A stretch of 61,127 bases of DNA, counting the filler. It is 12 parts of 12 records of this genome, joined end to end, with 100 filler letters (N's around TTAATTAATTAA, not from the genome) between each part and the next. Parts side by side here need not be neighbours in the genome. Positions count along the whole stretch, not along the records: positions 11,964 to 18,232 come from SRR7504441_12238; positions 18,333 to 22,527 come from SRR7504441_12254; positions 22,628 to 26,010 come from SRR7504441_12255; 9 more parts are not named here. One strand, 5' to 3'. How positions within the stretch are numbered: the first letter of the stretch is position 1; every line of letters starts with the position of its first letter. The notes under the pieces are model-generated. The model did no database searches and was not told where the DNA came from. It saw only the letters and a list, made by a program, of their open reading frames with translations. The translations under genes and the position numbers were made by a program. Below are positions 12,381 through 25,664 of the stretch, one piece after another.

Positions 12381-14383
12381 GCAGGAGAGTCAAGATGAAG
12401 ACAGGTGGCTTAATCGGACTGTGCTCGAGCACGTTGCTGTCGCCACGGCTGAACCGTCTACGTTTCACACTTCAGACCAGAAGCTCGGGACTCCTGGAGT
12501 GATACCCGAGAGGAAGCAGTCGCCGCACCAACGGACACAATCGAGAGTGGCTCAAGTCAGTCCAGTCGGGTCGGCAGCAAGTGCCGAGCAAGAAGCAAGG
12601 GAGGAGGCCATCAAGGCCAAGGCTGCCGCACAAGCTGCTGCGAGGGTAAAAGTGGCAATAGCGCAGGCCAAGGTCGGCTCTGGGGCCGAGGAGGTTCCGG
12701 ATGGACTGGGTGAATTGTCTCCTCGTTCGATGGCCCGAGTGTCGCAGACCCAGGACAAGCACCTGGACAGGATCCAGCAGCTGGCAGACCACCGGCGCAA
12801 AGGTGCCACACGCCTAGTTGCACGCTGCTCACTGTTGTTTGCAGCATGGGACAGGAAGCGTCGGGAGAAAGACGACCAGATGGCAGCCTTGTAAGCTGGG
12901 CTGGGTCGAGCTCGAGCTGAGCACCTGGGGCAGGGCCGCCGCCAGAGCCGAGGAGCTGAAGGAGATCCAGGAGGAGAACGAACGAATTGCTGCTGCCAGA
13001 GCAGCTAGCGAGTTGAAGGCGGCTGAAAGAAAGCGTCATCTAGAGGATGAGCGGAAGCAGCGGGCTAAGGAGGACGCTGAGGCGGATGCGGCGATGAAGC
13101 GCTCGCCTGAGCCTAGCAGCGTGTTGCAAGACAGCCCAGAGCAGCTTGACGAGATCAGGCGGCAAGCAGGCGAGCGGGTCAGCAGGAGGGTTGCAGAGAT
13201 CGGAGTGGAGAGCGCAGCGTGGCGGCGGCAGCACTACCAGGAGCCCGCAGAACCAGCGTTAGAGGAGGAGACCAGTCCAGACGGCTCATGCGAGGCGAGG
13301 CGGGTGGAGCGCGAAGCGGCTCACCGAGAGCGGATGGAGCAGATGCGACAGCGGCTAGATCAGAGCCGGGCGAACTGGTCTCAGACTGCAGCCAGCGTGG
13401 AGAAGCGCAGCCCTAGCAAGGGCTCACCCAGCCCCACACGCCGCCGTAGTGATCCAGCTCCGTCGCCTAGTCCGACTCGGGGACGACCGGAGCGGGCGGG
13501 GTCGCCGAGCTCGCCTAAGCCAGCCTGGGCGAGCTTCGGGGATCTGGAAGGCGATTCGTCGCCAAAGGTGAATGAGTTGTTGGGCCAAATCCGCAAGGTG
13601 TGTGCGAGCAGGGCACAGAGGGTCTCATGCGGGGCAGGAGCGGAAGCAGGCGGAGCGCGAGTACCAGCGGCTGGAAAGGGAGGAGAGGCAGCATCGGGCA
13701 ACAGCGGAGGCGGCGGCGTCTGAGGGTGTGTCAGCCGGGCCACTTGTTTTTTGAGGGCTGGGTAGGATGGGATACAAACTGGCGGGAAGAGTGTCAAACA
13801 TGGCGGCGGCAGGCGGAGTCGCGACATGCCCAGGCGCGGCAGCGGCATCAGGAGGTGATCGAAGAGAGGACGCGCCAGCAAGCCGAGCAGGCGGCGGCTC
13901 GGCACCGGAGGGATGCGGAGCACAAGGCCGAGGCGGAGCTGCACAAGGAGCGGTTGAGGCAAGAGGCAGAGCGGAAGCAGCGGGATAGCCTGGGCGCTCA
14001 TGAAGCTGAACGACGGCGGATGGGCGCTAGGCGCTCGCCTAACGGGCGCCCAACTAAGCCAGTTGGATCACGCCCCAGTGGTCCAACAAAGCCCCCGGTG
14101 TGCAGCGACGACCAGAGATGGCAGCGGCTGACAGGCAATGCGGTTGTAGTCTGTTGTTGTTGACTTGTGGGTGGCAGAGTTGCGAGAAATCAAGCAGAGT
14201 GATCTGCCCTTCCCTCGGATCTCATTCCGAGGGCTGAGCCGGGGCGAGTTCAATAAATTGGCCAAGCGATGGCATCCGGACAAGTTTGCCCAGGCGTTCG
14301 GGTCGAAGCTATGTGAGGCGCAGCGCAGTGCGATCATGCAGAAAGTGCAAGCGATTTTCATTGCGCTCAATGCCTCCCGATAG
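11964..14383 (+). CDS. Ala/Glu/Lys-rich coiled-coil protein with a C-terminal NFKBIL1-like (RWHPDKF) domain; multi-exon, 5' truncated
   Basis: KAAEE-type repeats, charged coiled coil, and final exon DLPFP...KRWHPDKFAQAFGSKL...IMQKVQAIFIALN. Confidence 0.6.
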
Positions 14384-14571
14384 CATACCTAGAGTAACGA
14401 ATAAATTGAGTGCAAACGTGTTAGACGGCACGATCAATATTTGCGCGGACCTAGCGCGGACACGGATGTAAATCGTGGATTGATGAGTGATGATTGACAT
14501 GTACATCGTTCATTCTCGCCGCCACACATCATCGGTTGGGATTTGCAGTGCGGCTGCCTTTTCCTTGGAGC

Positions 14572-15441
14572 ATGGCTCAGCAGGAGCTGCAGGCCCGGAT
14601 TGGGCAGAAGCGCCGGCTCTTCGCGCAGCAGGTGCTGCTCATCGACGAGCTCCAGCGCATCAAGCGCCGCCACTGCCGCGGGAGCGGCCTGGACCGCACC
14701 GGAATCACCGAGCCTCAGCTGAATCAAATCAATGCAGAGCGGGAGCTGCTTGCCGCCAAGGCCGGCTTCCCCAAGGAGGACCCGCCCCGGCCGTTCTCGG
14801 TGGAGGAGCATCGGCGGTTCCTGTCCGCGGCCAAGCTGTTCCAGTTCCAGGGGAAGCTCACCGACGCTGGGTATGATCAGGTGCGCCGGGGGGGGAGCGG
14901 GCTGAGGCCGCGGGTGCAGGTTGCCCGGATGGTGGGCGGCCGGTCGTCCCAGCAGGTCCGGCTGCACGACAAGGCCACCGCGCTGGTCGGGCCGGGCGGG
15001 TGGCAGAGGGAGCATACAGCCGAGCTCCGGACTTGGCTAAAGAGCCTGAGCGCGGCCCCGACCCTTGCCGACCTGCTGGCCATCAAGAAACTGCCGTGCG
15101 GGGCCGGCCGGACGGTGAGTGAGATCGCCGACCATATCCGGTCTATCTGTGGGGAGCCGGCAAAGCCGATGATTGCGCCAGCGGAGAGTGAGGGCAGTCA
15201 GCTGATCGAGCGGCTAGCGGATGACAACAGGGCGCTAGCCGAGGAGATCGGCAAGTGTGGGCGAGCGGATCCGGAATGGCAGTTGCTCATGAGCCGGTTC
15301 GAGAAGAATCTGGTGGCGATAGACGTGCTGGCGCCTCGGCTGAAATCGAGGGATCTTGGGCGGTTGGTCAACACATTGCCTGTCGAGCTGTCACCACCTG
15401 GCGACGGACCGGTCGATGACCAGGCACCGTGCGTGAGTTAG
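14572..15441 (+). CDS. Myb/SANT-domain protein (SHAQKY-like repeat, a second degenerate Myb repeat, and a DUF3755-like C-terminus)
   Basis: FSVEEHRRFL...ARMVGGRSSQQVRLH; W...GRTVSEIADHIR; C-terminal LADDNRALAEEI...LPVEL. Probable in-frame intron 14881-14919. Confidence 0.55.
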   Translation: MAQQELQARIGQKRRLFAQQVLLIDELQRIKRRHCRGSGLDRTGITEPQLNQINAERELLAAKAGFPKEDPPRPFSVEEHRRFLSAAKLFQFQGKLTDAGYDQVRRGGSGLRPRVQVARMVGGRSSQQVRLHDKATALVGPGGWQREHTAELRTWLKSLSAAPTLADLLAIKKLPCGAGRTVSEIADHIRSICGEPAKPMIAPAESEGSQLIERLADDNRALAEEIGKCGRADPEWQLLMSRFEKNLVAIDVLAPRLKSRDLGRLVNTLPVELSPPGDGPVDDQAPCVS

Positions 15442-15681
15442 GGCTTCAATGGTCGAATGCATATATGAAATTAAGTTAAAAGATGAGCGTGGAATATAAG
15501 ATGGTTATTGCTAATAAGCGCAAAAACGACTGATACGGTTTAGTCGTTGCAAGTCTACACGAACCATGCACGAACAAGTAGTTCGAATTGACATCATGGC
15601 CAGCGCAGCACACGCGTGTACATAACAACTAACACTTGAAAGGCTTGATACGCATTGCACACTTGGGAGCCCTGATACGGC

Positions 15682-16977
<1,296 letters not shown>

Positions 16978-17294
16978 CTCTGTGGCTCTCCGTGTCGGAG
17001 GGAGGCTGGTCTGGACACCCGGTCTTGCAAGGTGTTGGCTGATGATGATCGTGAGGTTGCAGGCTTGCAATGCAAGCGTTTCAAGCGTTCTTGAAAGTTT
17101 GCATTTTAGTATTAATCGTGCTGTCTTTTAGACGCTTGGCTCGTTTGTTGGCTTTAAACTAGTATAGGTGCCTAGATGCTCGAGTTCGATGCCAGTCAAG
17201 ATTTGACACTGAACGAGATCTCATACAATACGTGCGTCTTGAACCTTCTCGCCTTGACCAGCCTTGACAGCTTTATACGACGCCTTAGATGGGG

Positions 17295-18179
17295 CTAGAA
17301 CGTGCCGATCAGCCGGAGCCCCAAGCTCGCCAGCACAGTCCACGCATACACCAGCCCGAGCCCCGTCCCGATCAACGCGAGCAGCATCCAGCCGCAGCTG
17401 GCCGCCATCCCACCAAGGAATATCAATCGCTCCGACCCAGTAAGCCGCTGCTGCTTCATCCGGGCGAATCTGGACACCTCGTATGCTGGATAGGTCCACG
17501 GGTGCCCGGGCCACGGCCATGTTTCGCCGTACAAGAACCGCAAAAAGTCTAGTTGCTGCAGGAAGAAGAACCCAGCGCACACTGACAGTGCGAGGTGGTA
17601 AATTAAAATCACGTAGAGCAGCCCGGTCCACGCCAGCGCAACGGACGGCTCCGGCGCCATCCGGTGCCGCGCCAGATGCTCAGCCCACGCGCTCGGGGGC
17701 CAGAATATCTGGGCCCTTGCCGCCAACACGGCAAGGTTTGTCGGGGCCGCCACCATCGCGAGCGCTTGACCCAGCAGCCCAAAGCTACTCAGCCCACAGA
17801 GCAGCAGGTACGGTCGGCGGTTGGCCTGGTGTATCCACACCCCGAGCACTGCGCACTCGTGGTCGGCCAGTCGCAGCCCCGGTGGGACCCCCGGGTGTTC
17901 GACCTCTTCGTCTGACTCTTCATCACGGACCAGACTGTACTGAGTCTCGCCCGAACGGAGCAGCCGGCCCATGCACCCCACGCACACCAGTGCGCACCCG
18001 AGCCCCGGCAGCTCGGCCAGCCGCCACCAGCCGGTGAGCGTGCCTAGATGCCAGCCTAGCGTGCCCAGGGCCGGGGCAAAGGCGACCACCCAGGCCGCGA
18101 TCCGAAGCCGGGTCGACCGGTGCCGCCCGGCCAGGCACGGCCAGTCCTGACGGTGCACCGCGGCCAGAGCCGACGCCAT
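17295..18179 (-). CDS. DHHC palmitoyltransferase-like membrane protein with a DHEC motif; intronless
   Basis: Two TM helices, then LRLADHECAVLGVWIHQANRRPYLLL (DHHC-x-W...G..N.R.F pattern), then further TM helices. Confidence 0.6.
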   Translation of the reverse strand: MASALAAVHRQDWPCLAGRHRSTRLRIAAWVVAFAPALGTLGWHLGTLTGWWRLAELPGLGCALVCVGCMGRLLRSGETQYSLVRDEESDEEVEHPGVPPGLRLADHECAVLGVWIHQANRRPYLLLCGLSSFGLLGQALAMVAAPTNLAVLAARAQIFWPPSAWAEHLARHRMAPEPSVALAWTGLLYVILIYHLALSVCAGFFFLQQLDFLRFLYGETWPWPGHPWTYPAYEVSRFARMKQQRLTGSERLIFLGGMAASCGWMLLALIGTGLGLVYAWTVLASLGLRLIGTF

Positions 18180-18515
18180 TGTCCTGACGGTGCACCGCGT
18201 CGGATGCGTCGGATGCAGCCTCGGTTCATTCTNNNNNNNNNNNNNNNNNNNNNNNNNNNNNNNNNNNNNNNNNNNNTTAATTAATTAANNNNNNNNNNNN
18301 NNNNNNNNNNNNNNNNNNNNNNNNNNNNNNNNTCGTCCGTTGCAGCCCAAGCACCGACAGAAGCCTTACTTCCCGCGTGTCCAGAGAATAAAAAATCAAA
18401 TCACCTGGGACCGCGGGCGGGTTTGAAGCGGGCGGGTTCGACGTGAGGTGCTGGACCCCGGTGCTTGAGCGCTGAGCGTGCGGCGGAAGACCGGAAACAC
18501 CCCACGATTCCGGGA

Positions 18516-19879
18516 ATGGCTCGTCCGCGCGACGAGATGGACATCCTGTTCACGGACGCGGCTGAGCACAAAGTGGACATCGCGTCGGCCCACCTGCTCG
18601 AGACGGACGCCCCGGAGGTCTGGCTGTGCTGGCTTGATTTGCAGGTGCGCCGGGCTCCGACTGCGGCCGGCTGAGTGGTGCTGCTGGCAGGCGCTGCTGC
18701 GGAAATCCGGCTCCCCAGCGCACGGCAGCCTGTTCGAGGCCGCGGATCAGCTCGTGCTGACCATGAGCGCGGCCCTGGCCAAGGTGCCTCGGGAGATGGA
18801 TCGGGTCGGGCTGGAGCCGGTCCGGCAGGTGTATCAAGAGATGGACGAGCGGGTTTTCGATTTAGAGGAGCAGATCACAGATCTCAAGGACAGCAAGTGA
18901 GAGCGCCGGCCCGGCCTGCGCCGAGCGGGGAGTTACAGGCTGACGGCGGACGAGGCGCTGGAGGACCTGCAGTATGATATGTCTGTCAATCAGCGGCAAT
19001 TCAAGTCGTCGCTGCAGGAGGTGCTGCCAGCCCGGGGCTTGAGAGCGCTGATCGTGCGGCGGAAGGCCGAGGCTGAGATCGCTAGGCTGAAGGCGCTGAT
19101 GGACACTGAGGAGTACAAGCTCAAGCACTCGGTAGGCCGCGCCAAGGGGGCCTGGCTCAAGCACGCGGTGCTCCGGCATGACACTACCAAGGCCTGGATG
19201 GTGCGGCTGCCGCTAGGCCGCTGTGTGAGTGTGTGTGTCCCAGGCTTTGGCCAGCTGGAAGCTCCAGATGGCCTACGCAGAGACGGTAGAGCACTCTCGC
19301 GAATCAGGGGCTGCCCGACAGTCGCTGCATGCTGCCCAGGCCGCCTTGGAGGCGAAGAGCCAGGAGCTAGACCAGAGTGAGCAGCGCTCCGGGGCTTCAT
19401 CTGCATTGTGTGTCACGCTACGGACGCAAAATGAGAGCCTAGCGAGCAAGCTGGCCTCGTCCGAAGCTGCGCTAGCCCGGGTGAAGAGCACGAGCAGCGG
19501 CGGGGCTGATCAGCGGCTGCGGTATGAGTTCAAGTGGCACTCAACATTGGTCAAGGCTGCTGCGATGGCCGCAATGAGGCAGGTCGCTGAGCAGCTCCGG
19601 GAGATCCAGCACGATGCAACGCTCCAGCGGTATCGCCACCTGTCGCCAAAGAAGGCCGCTGAGGCTGCGGAATTTGATGCGTTGAAAGAGCGGGAGCAAG
19701 CGGCACAGCGACGGCTCCAGGAATGTGAGGTGCGGGTCGCAGCTGAATTGGAGTTGCAGCTGTTGGTGCAGCCGGAAGCTGGTCGGGGCTTGACATTGCT
19801 TGCGTTGGTCGGCATGTTGTTGTATGCGGTTTGGTTGAGCCGACCTTTTGTACGGGCGCTCCTTGACATCTTGAGTTGA
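18516..19879 (+). CDS. Coiled-coil tail-anchored hypothetical protein; multi-exon
   Basis: Overlapping ORFs joinable through ~40-nt introns; heptad-rich; C-terminal hydrophobic TM (LTLLALVGMLLYAVWL). Confidence 0.55.
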
Positions 19880-20038
19880 CCAGGGTTGCTAAATACTCGT
19901 AGCTGCTATCGTGCCAAAGACTTAGTGTAGGGCTTGTTCACTATATAGTTGAGATCAAGTGTTTCTTTCGAATGAATTGATAACAAACATCACTAAGTAT
20001 AACAAAAAGCAGTTAATTAATTGGATGCACCGCCACAA

Positions 20039-20938
20039 TCAGTGGATGCGCTTGTTCGACTTTTTCATCTTCGTGCCGCCCCTCGGCTTCAGGTACGGGT
20101 CAGCGGCTCCCGGCCCCTCCGGTATCGCCCAGCCGGCCGGCATCCCGCTCGCCTCATAGAACCATTCAAGCCCGCCCGGCTGACTAAAGTAGGGCGGAAT
20201 AAACCGGTGTGCCAGGTGCATCAAGCTCTCAGTCTCGAGCTCCTCGAACTGACCGAACCCCCGGCCGTTTCCCGCGTGCCGCAGCACGCTGATGCTCTGG
20301 AAGTGGTGGTTGGCTGGGCCCCAGCAGCCCATGCCCCGTGTGCAGTGCGAGAGCTGGGCCCGCACCAACCGCTCAAACTCGGCCACAGGCTCCGGCCCGC
20401 CCTCGACGAACACCATCCCAGGTTTGCCCGGCCGGAGCAGCCCGGAGAGCCCCAACTGCGAGGCCAGCTGTCGGATCAGCTTGCGGGCCGATTTTGCTTT
20501 AATGTGATCAAACACCACCGTCGCACGCACTGGCTCGGGGGGCGGCATGGGCGGCGGCTCCTCCTCACGGGGTGGGTCCGGCTCCGGGGCCGGCTCAGCG
20601 GCCGGCTCGGGTGCGAGCTGGTTTAGGCAGGTGACCAGCTGCAGCACGCATTCTGCGCCGGCCTCGCAGGCAAGGCACTCGTCCAGCGCCGCCTGCCAGC
20701 TGGCGGGCACCCGGGGCTCAACCAGCAGTGCGCACTCGGGCGGAGCCTCAGGGTAGTCTGCTGGCAGTCTGACAGCCAGCAGCGGGGTGCGGCCGGCTTG
20801 GGCAAGTCCGGTGAGCGCGACCGTGAAACTGAGCGGGCCAGCGGCCGGATCGACCGAGAGCTCGGCGGCGAAGATGGCCGAGAGCACCGCCAGCTCCTCC
20901 CGCTGCCGCTCCTCCAGCGCACCGGCGCGCTCGGCCAT
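20039..20938 (-). CDS. RWD-domain protein, RWDD2-like (RWD + DUF1115)
   Basis: REELAVLSAIF...LPADYPEAPP (RWD); HIKAK...LASQLGLSGLLRPGKPGMVFVEG (DUF1115). Confidence 0.8.
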   Translation of the reverse strand: MAERAGALEERQREELAVLSAIFAAELSVDPAAGPLSFTVALTGLAQAGRTPLLAVRLPADYPEAPPECALLVEPRVPASWQAALDECLACEAGAECVLQLVTCLNQLAPEPAAEPAPEPDPPREEEPPPMPPPEPVRATVVFDHIKAKSARKLIRQLASQLGLSGLLRPGKPGMVFVEGGPEPVAEFERLVRAQLSHCTRGMGCWGPANHHFQSISVLRHAGNGRGFGQFEELETESLMHLAHRFIPPYFSQPGGLEWFYEASGMPAGWAIPEGPGAADPYLKPRGGTKMKKSNKRIH

Positions 20939-21240
20939 CACCAGGTCACATGGCAGCACGTGCCGGGGCTGCGCAGCGATCCGCCAGGCAGCGTGCTGGG
21001 TCCCTGTCCGCCAGTCACGCTGTGACGCTGAGTGCGGTGCCGTTGTCTGATTCAGTTATTTTGAGATCCGCGACACCGGTGGGCTGGATGGAAGGGCACT
21101 GGGGTCGGGGCGGAGTGGAGTTCTCCATGGCGGAGCGGTTCCCGCGGATCGGTGCAGCCGGCAGGGTGCTGTGCTCACTGTGCTGCAGGCGGGGTGCTCG
21201 ATTGGAACTCCACCGAATCGTCCCGTCACCCGGGCTGGGA

Positions 21241-22524
21241 GATGCTCAAGCACAGAGAGCTGTCCAAAGGGTTTGGCGCGATGGTCTCGCCATACAACTT
21301 CGGCCAAATCAAAGAATATAACCGGTTCACCGAGTTCCCCGGCCAAAAGTCCGAGATAGCCATGAACCCCAACCTGGACATCGCCAAAACCACCCACATT
21401 GAGTGGGAGAAGATGGGCAACCAGGGCCGGGGTGCCTGCCCGTTCTCGAGGCTGCGACGGTTTCATCCAACGATCGAAGAGGCCCGGATGATGGAGGCCA
21501 AAGCCAACATGCCGTGAGCCTACAGCCGGTGTTGGGCTGACGGGGCACAGGCTGAATAACTCGTTCAAGCACCTGGACAAAATGTTCTGGACTCGCAACG
21601 GCGGGATCAGCTTCTCCAAAGGAGAGCGGTGCCGACAGCTCCAGCAGGTTTAGTTCAGACCGGGATGGCAGGTTCCCAGACAGGGACGACATGCTTGTGC
21701 CCGCACCAAGTGACTATCTGCGCAAAGACAGTGGATGGGCACTCTCTGAAAACAGGCGCCAAGGCGACCCACGGTGCTGCCCGCCGATTCAGATCAGGGG
21801 ACTCAGTGTGGTATCGGCAGGAACCACCATGAGGTCTCAATGCTGCCGATGCAGAAACTCCGTGGCATTGCAGTTCCCCTTGCACCTGAAGTGCCTGCGG
21901 ACCGGCCATATCTAGGGTACACAGAGACAACAGAATATAGGATGTCTGTTGACCGCAGGAACGTGGCGAAGTGTGGGATAGCCAGCCAGGTCGCTTCGGC
22001 ATTTCCGCGTGGTTGTGAGTGTGGCGATGCAGGTGCAGCGGTCACCTAGAACAGTGGTTGGTGGTGGGATTGTTACTGAAGTGGCTCGCATCCCAGAGAT
22101 TGGTCCGGGCCGAGGTTATGACGCAATTGATCAGATCACGTGCATGTCCATGTGGGGACCGCACGCCTCGTGGAAACGCTGGCAGGAAACCCACAAAAAT
22201 GAGCGGGGCATTAAAAAGCGCCGAAAACCCCGTAAAAAGGACGAGGAGAGTGAGACAGTGCAGGGAAGAAGTCACCACCTGTTCCAAGCTGCCCTCAAGA
22301 ACAGCGAGCCTTGGGCTGTCGAGCCGAAGCTCCGAAGGGCGGCTGACGAATATGAAGCCCAACATCAAGCTCGGGTCAGGAAACAAAAGAGGAGAGCTCA
22401 ACAGCGCCTAGACGGCCCAGAAGGGCCTTCCTTCCTAGCAAAGAAAGATGAGGAGAAAAGCTCGTCTCGTGTCACAACACCCAACGTATCGTCTGAGGCT
22501 TTAGTAGTCAATGTAGATTTATAG
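21241..22524 (+). CDS. Hypothetical multi-exon protein (possibly ciliary); may be 3' truncated
   Basis: Protein-like ORFs 21152-21517 and 22009-22524 separated by GT-AG intron candidates; no family recognised. Confidence 0.35.
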
Positions 22525-22627
22525 CATNNNNNNNNNNNNNNNNNNNNNNNNNNNNNNNNNNNNNNNNNNNNTTAATTAATTAANNNNNNNNNNNNNNNNN
22601 NNNNNNNNNNNNNNNNNNNNNNNNNNN

Positions 22628-23096
22628 CCAGGACGGGGTGCTCCAGCCGGCCGAGCTCACCAAGCTGCTCTCGCTCTCGGGGTTTGAGATCCCGCCGAGC
22701 ATTATTGCCAAGATGGTCGAGATGGCCGACACCAACAAGGACGGCGTGATTGATTACGATGAGTTCGTCCCCGCTATGATCCACGCCTGGCTGCAGCAGC
22801 CGCCCAGCGCGCCCCCCGCGGCCGGCCCGATGATCTCGTCGGCCAGTACGCTCCGGTCGTGCCACGGGGGGGAGGAGACGCAGATAACGGTGACCAACAG
22901 CCGGGCAGTGCCGGTGGTGCTCCGGTGGGTGATGCACGATGGGAAGGACTCGCCTAACCCACACTCAGTCCGGCTGGATCCCGGGGCCTCGCACAAGCAA
23001 CGGACTCGGACTGGGCACGTGTTCAGAGTGTGCGGCGGGCCCCCGCTGTACGATACCGAGCTGAGCAGGTTCATGGTGGGGAGCTATATGGTCTAG
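22628..23096 (+). CDS. EF-hand pair fused to a VHL beta-domain; 5' truncated
   Basis: Canonical EF loop DTNKDGVIDYDE; then LRS...TQITVTNSRAVPVVLRWVMHDG...LDPGASHKQRTRTGHVFRV (VHL beta fold pattern). Confidence 0.75.
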
Positions 23097-23327
23097 CCCA
23101 CGGTGTGCCCGGTGAGCAACCGGATCCGTAGCTGCCGGGCGGGCGCTCCGTATAGAGGCTTATTAGAGGCGCTGTCCCGTGTAGATTAAAGGCACAATAT
23201 AGGAGTTTTAGTTTGTTTATAAATACATACGATAATGATACTCGAGTACGAGTACCTTGGTTCAATCATTAGCTTACTTACTGGCATACTCGAGTCGCCG
23301 GAGAGCCGGCGGGTCTGTCAGCCGGCC

Positions 23328-23702
23328 TCAGCTCGAGCGTCGGCAGCGCCGGCTGGTCGGCGAGCTGGGCACAAAGTACCGCACCAGCCGGTCTAGCTCG
23401 TCGCTCCGCCGCAGCATCCGCCAAAACCGCTCCTCCTTACCATGATCCCAGGCCCCGTCGCTCCGGCGCAGCCTCTCGTCCAGCGGCACCGGACAGGCCG
23501 CCGACCGCTCCCGCTCGAACAGCTCGGCCAGTCGGGCGTGGTACCGCTCCCAGTCGGCGCCCGGCCCGCCCGGCCCGAAGGTCTCCTGGTTCATCGCATC
23601 CAGCTCCCCGAGCTCGGTCTCCAGGTCGAGCGTCAGCCCGAGCGCCAGGCACCGGCTGGCGGTGGCTCTCGGCTGCAGCTCCGTCGGGGGTGCGGCCGCC
23701 AT
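23328..23702 (-). CDS. Small hypothetical protein
   Basis: ORF from MAAAPP with protein-like composition; divergent from the neighbouring gene. Confidence 0.35.
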   Translation of the reverse strand: MAAAPPTELQPRATASRCLALGLTLDLETELGELDAMNQETFGPGGPGADWERYHARLAELFERERSAACPVPLDERLRRSDGAWDHGKEERFWRMLRRSDELDRLVRYFVPSSPTSRRCRRSS

Positions 23703-23820
23703 GTTTTCGCACATCTGTTGGCCGGACAGCCCCGCGGCTTCCGGCGCGGCGTTCAACTGTTCTAATGTGCAGCCGTTTTTGGCGTTTTATTTGGGCGGCC
23801 CTTGCAGGCGGTGGCAAGCG

Positions 23821-25499
23821 ATGGACCGGAGTCGCCCGGAGAGCGGGCTGAGCGAGCCGGCAGGGGGTAGCATGGCGGCCACCGAGCTGCTCTGGTCGGC
23901 CTCGCTCGAGCGCGACCTCCAAAGTCTCACCGCCGAGCGCGACAGCCTCCGGCGGCGCGTGGCCCACCTGGTGCGCCGCCGTCTGCCGCTGCTGATTTGG
24001 CGGCAGGAGCTGGCAGTGGGCGGGCTGGCGGCGGGGCAGCGGGCGGCGGAGGAGCTGGTCGGGATAGCGGCCGGTGCGTCGGACGAAGTCACACTCCTCC
24101 GGGACGTCGCACGGAGCACGGTGCCACCCACGGGGCCCCCTGCAGCGGCAGCAGGTGGCGGCGGCGAGTAGTCGGGCGGCGACGGTGCAGGAGACGTTGG
24201 CGGCGGTGCAGCGGCAGATGCTCGATCTGGAGAGGGAGCGGGGGGCCGAGCGGGAGCGAGCCAAGGCAGCGGCGGAGCTAGCGGCCGATACGCTAAAGAG
24301 CACCGTCTCACGGGTGCCACACGGGGGGGCGGGGGGTGTGAGAGGGCCGGGGCAGCTGTCGGGGAAGCTGAAGGAGGCCGGGCAGCAGCGGAGCGAAACT
24401 CAGGCCAAGCTGAAGACGAGCCAGGCCCACGTGGTGCCTGGGTGGTGCTGCTGGCTCTGACCGGAGGAGGGCAGCACGAGCTCACAGGAGCGCTTGAGGC
24501 GCTTACCGCCAAGTCTGCGCAGAGCGAGGAGAGGCTGTCGCGCGAGCTGGCCCAACGGGCGGCCCAGAGCGAGGGGTGCCGGATAGAGCTGGAACGGTGC
24601 AGAGTGGAGCTAGAGTCGCTCAAGGCTGAATGCGAGGCCAAAACTGGAGAGGCTGACCAGTCCAGAGCCGAGGCTACGCTGTTCAAGGCCGAGGCTGAGC
24701 AGGCCAGGCTCGATGCTGAGCGGTCTAGAGCCGAGTGCGAGGTTGCGAGAGCAGAGATGCGAGACAGCAGGGCTGAATCGGACCAGGCAAGAGCTGAGTG
24801 CGACCAGGAGGTGGAGAGGCTGCTCGGCCGGCTGGAGGAGCAGGCTCTCGCGCACAGCGAGCAGCTGGCCGCGGCCGCGGGCGAGCACCAGGCGGCGCTC
24901 GAGGAGGCTCAGGCCAAGCAGGCCAAGCTGCAGGCCAAGCTGACCAAGCACAAGGTGCCCGATCTGGCTACATTCAGCTGACTAACAACGGACTGGCGCA
25001 GGCCCGGGCGGCCAGGCAGGACGAGGCGCTCCAGGCGGCCGAGCAGGCCCGGGAGCGGCTGTCCGGCGAGCTGGAGGCGGCCAATGCGGTTAGTGCAGCT
25101 GTCTGCAGTGCGAGCAGGCTAGAGTACAGCGAGCCGCCCGCCAAGGAACCGACCCGCTCGGGATGGCTCGAGCGGCTCAAGTCGGCGGCGCAGCGGGCGC
25201 CGGAGGCCGAGGAGCAGGCGCCGCCGGAAGAGTCTCCAGCGAGCTGGTTTGTGAGGGGGGAGGTGCCTCCGTGGTCGGGGCGCTGTCACTGACGATTGTG
25301 TTAGGAGGAGGAGAAGGAGGAGGAGGCTACGGAATCTCGGGGAGCCGGCATGCTGTGGCGACTGGCCAGGTCGCGGGCGCGGAATGAGAGCGGGAATGCG
25401 GTCAAATTTAGAAACCTAGCTGAGGAGGCTATGGAGAAGGAGAGGCAACGCAAGGAGCTAGAGGCCGCCGCTGCAATACACGACGAGGTGCCAGGCTAG
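23821..25499 (+). CDS. Long coiled-coil protein; multi-exon
   Basis: Heptad-rich exons (7-aa repeat AE(C/A)EQAR) in alternating frames joined by short introns; boundaries approximate. Confidence 0.55.
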
Positions 25500-25664
25500 C
25501 CCAGCGGCCGGCTGACTGCTGTGCCAGATCATACATCTGAACAAAGAGTGGTGTGTCACTGCCACCTGAATCGATCGATCGGCCCGGCCGCGCTAATTAA
25601 TAATTAAATCAGCTACTCGTGTGAGTCAGTCGATCGTTGATTCGATTTAAGCGGATCAGGGTGG

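Noticed and set aside
14165-14383. HPD motif as a true DnaJ J-domain
   Set aside because: The context (LPFP...RWHPDKF...V..I...LN) fits the NFKBIL1-like C-terminal motif and lacks J-domain helix I.
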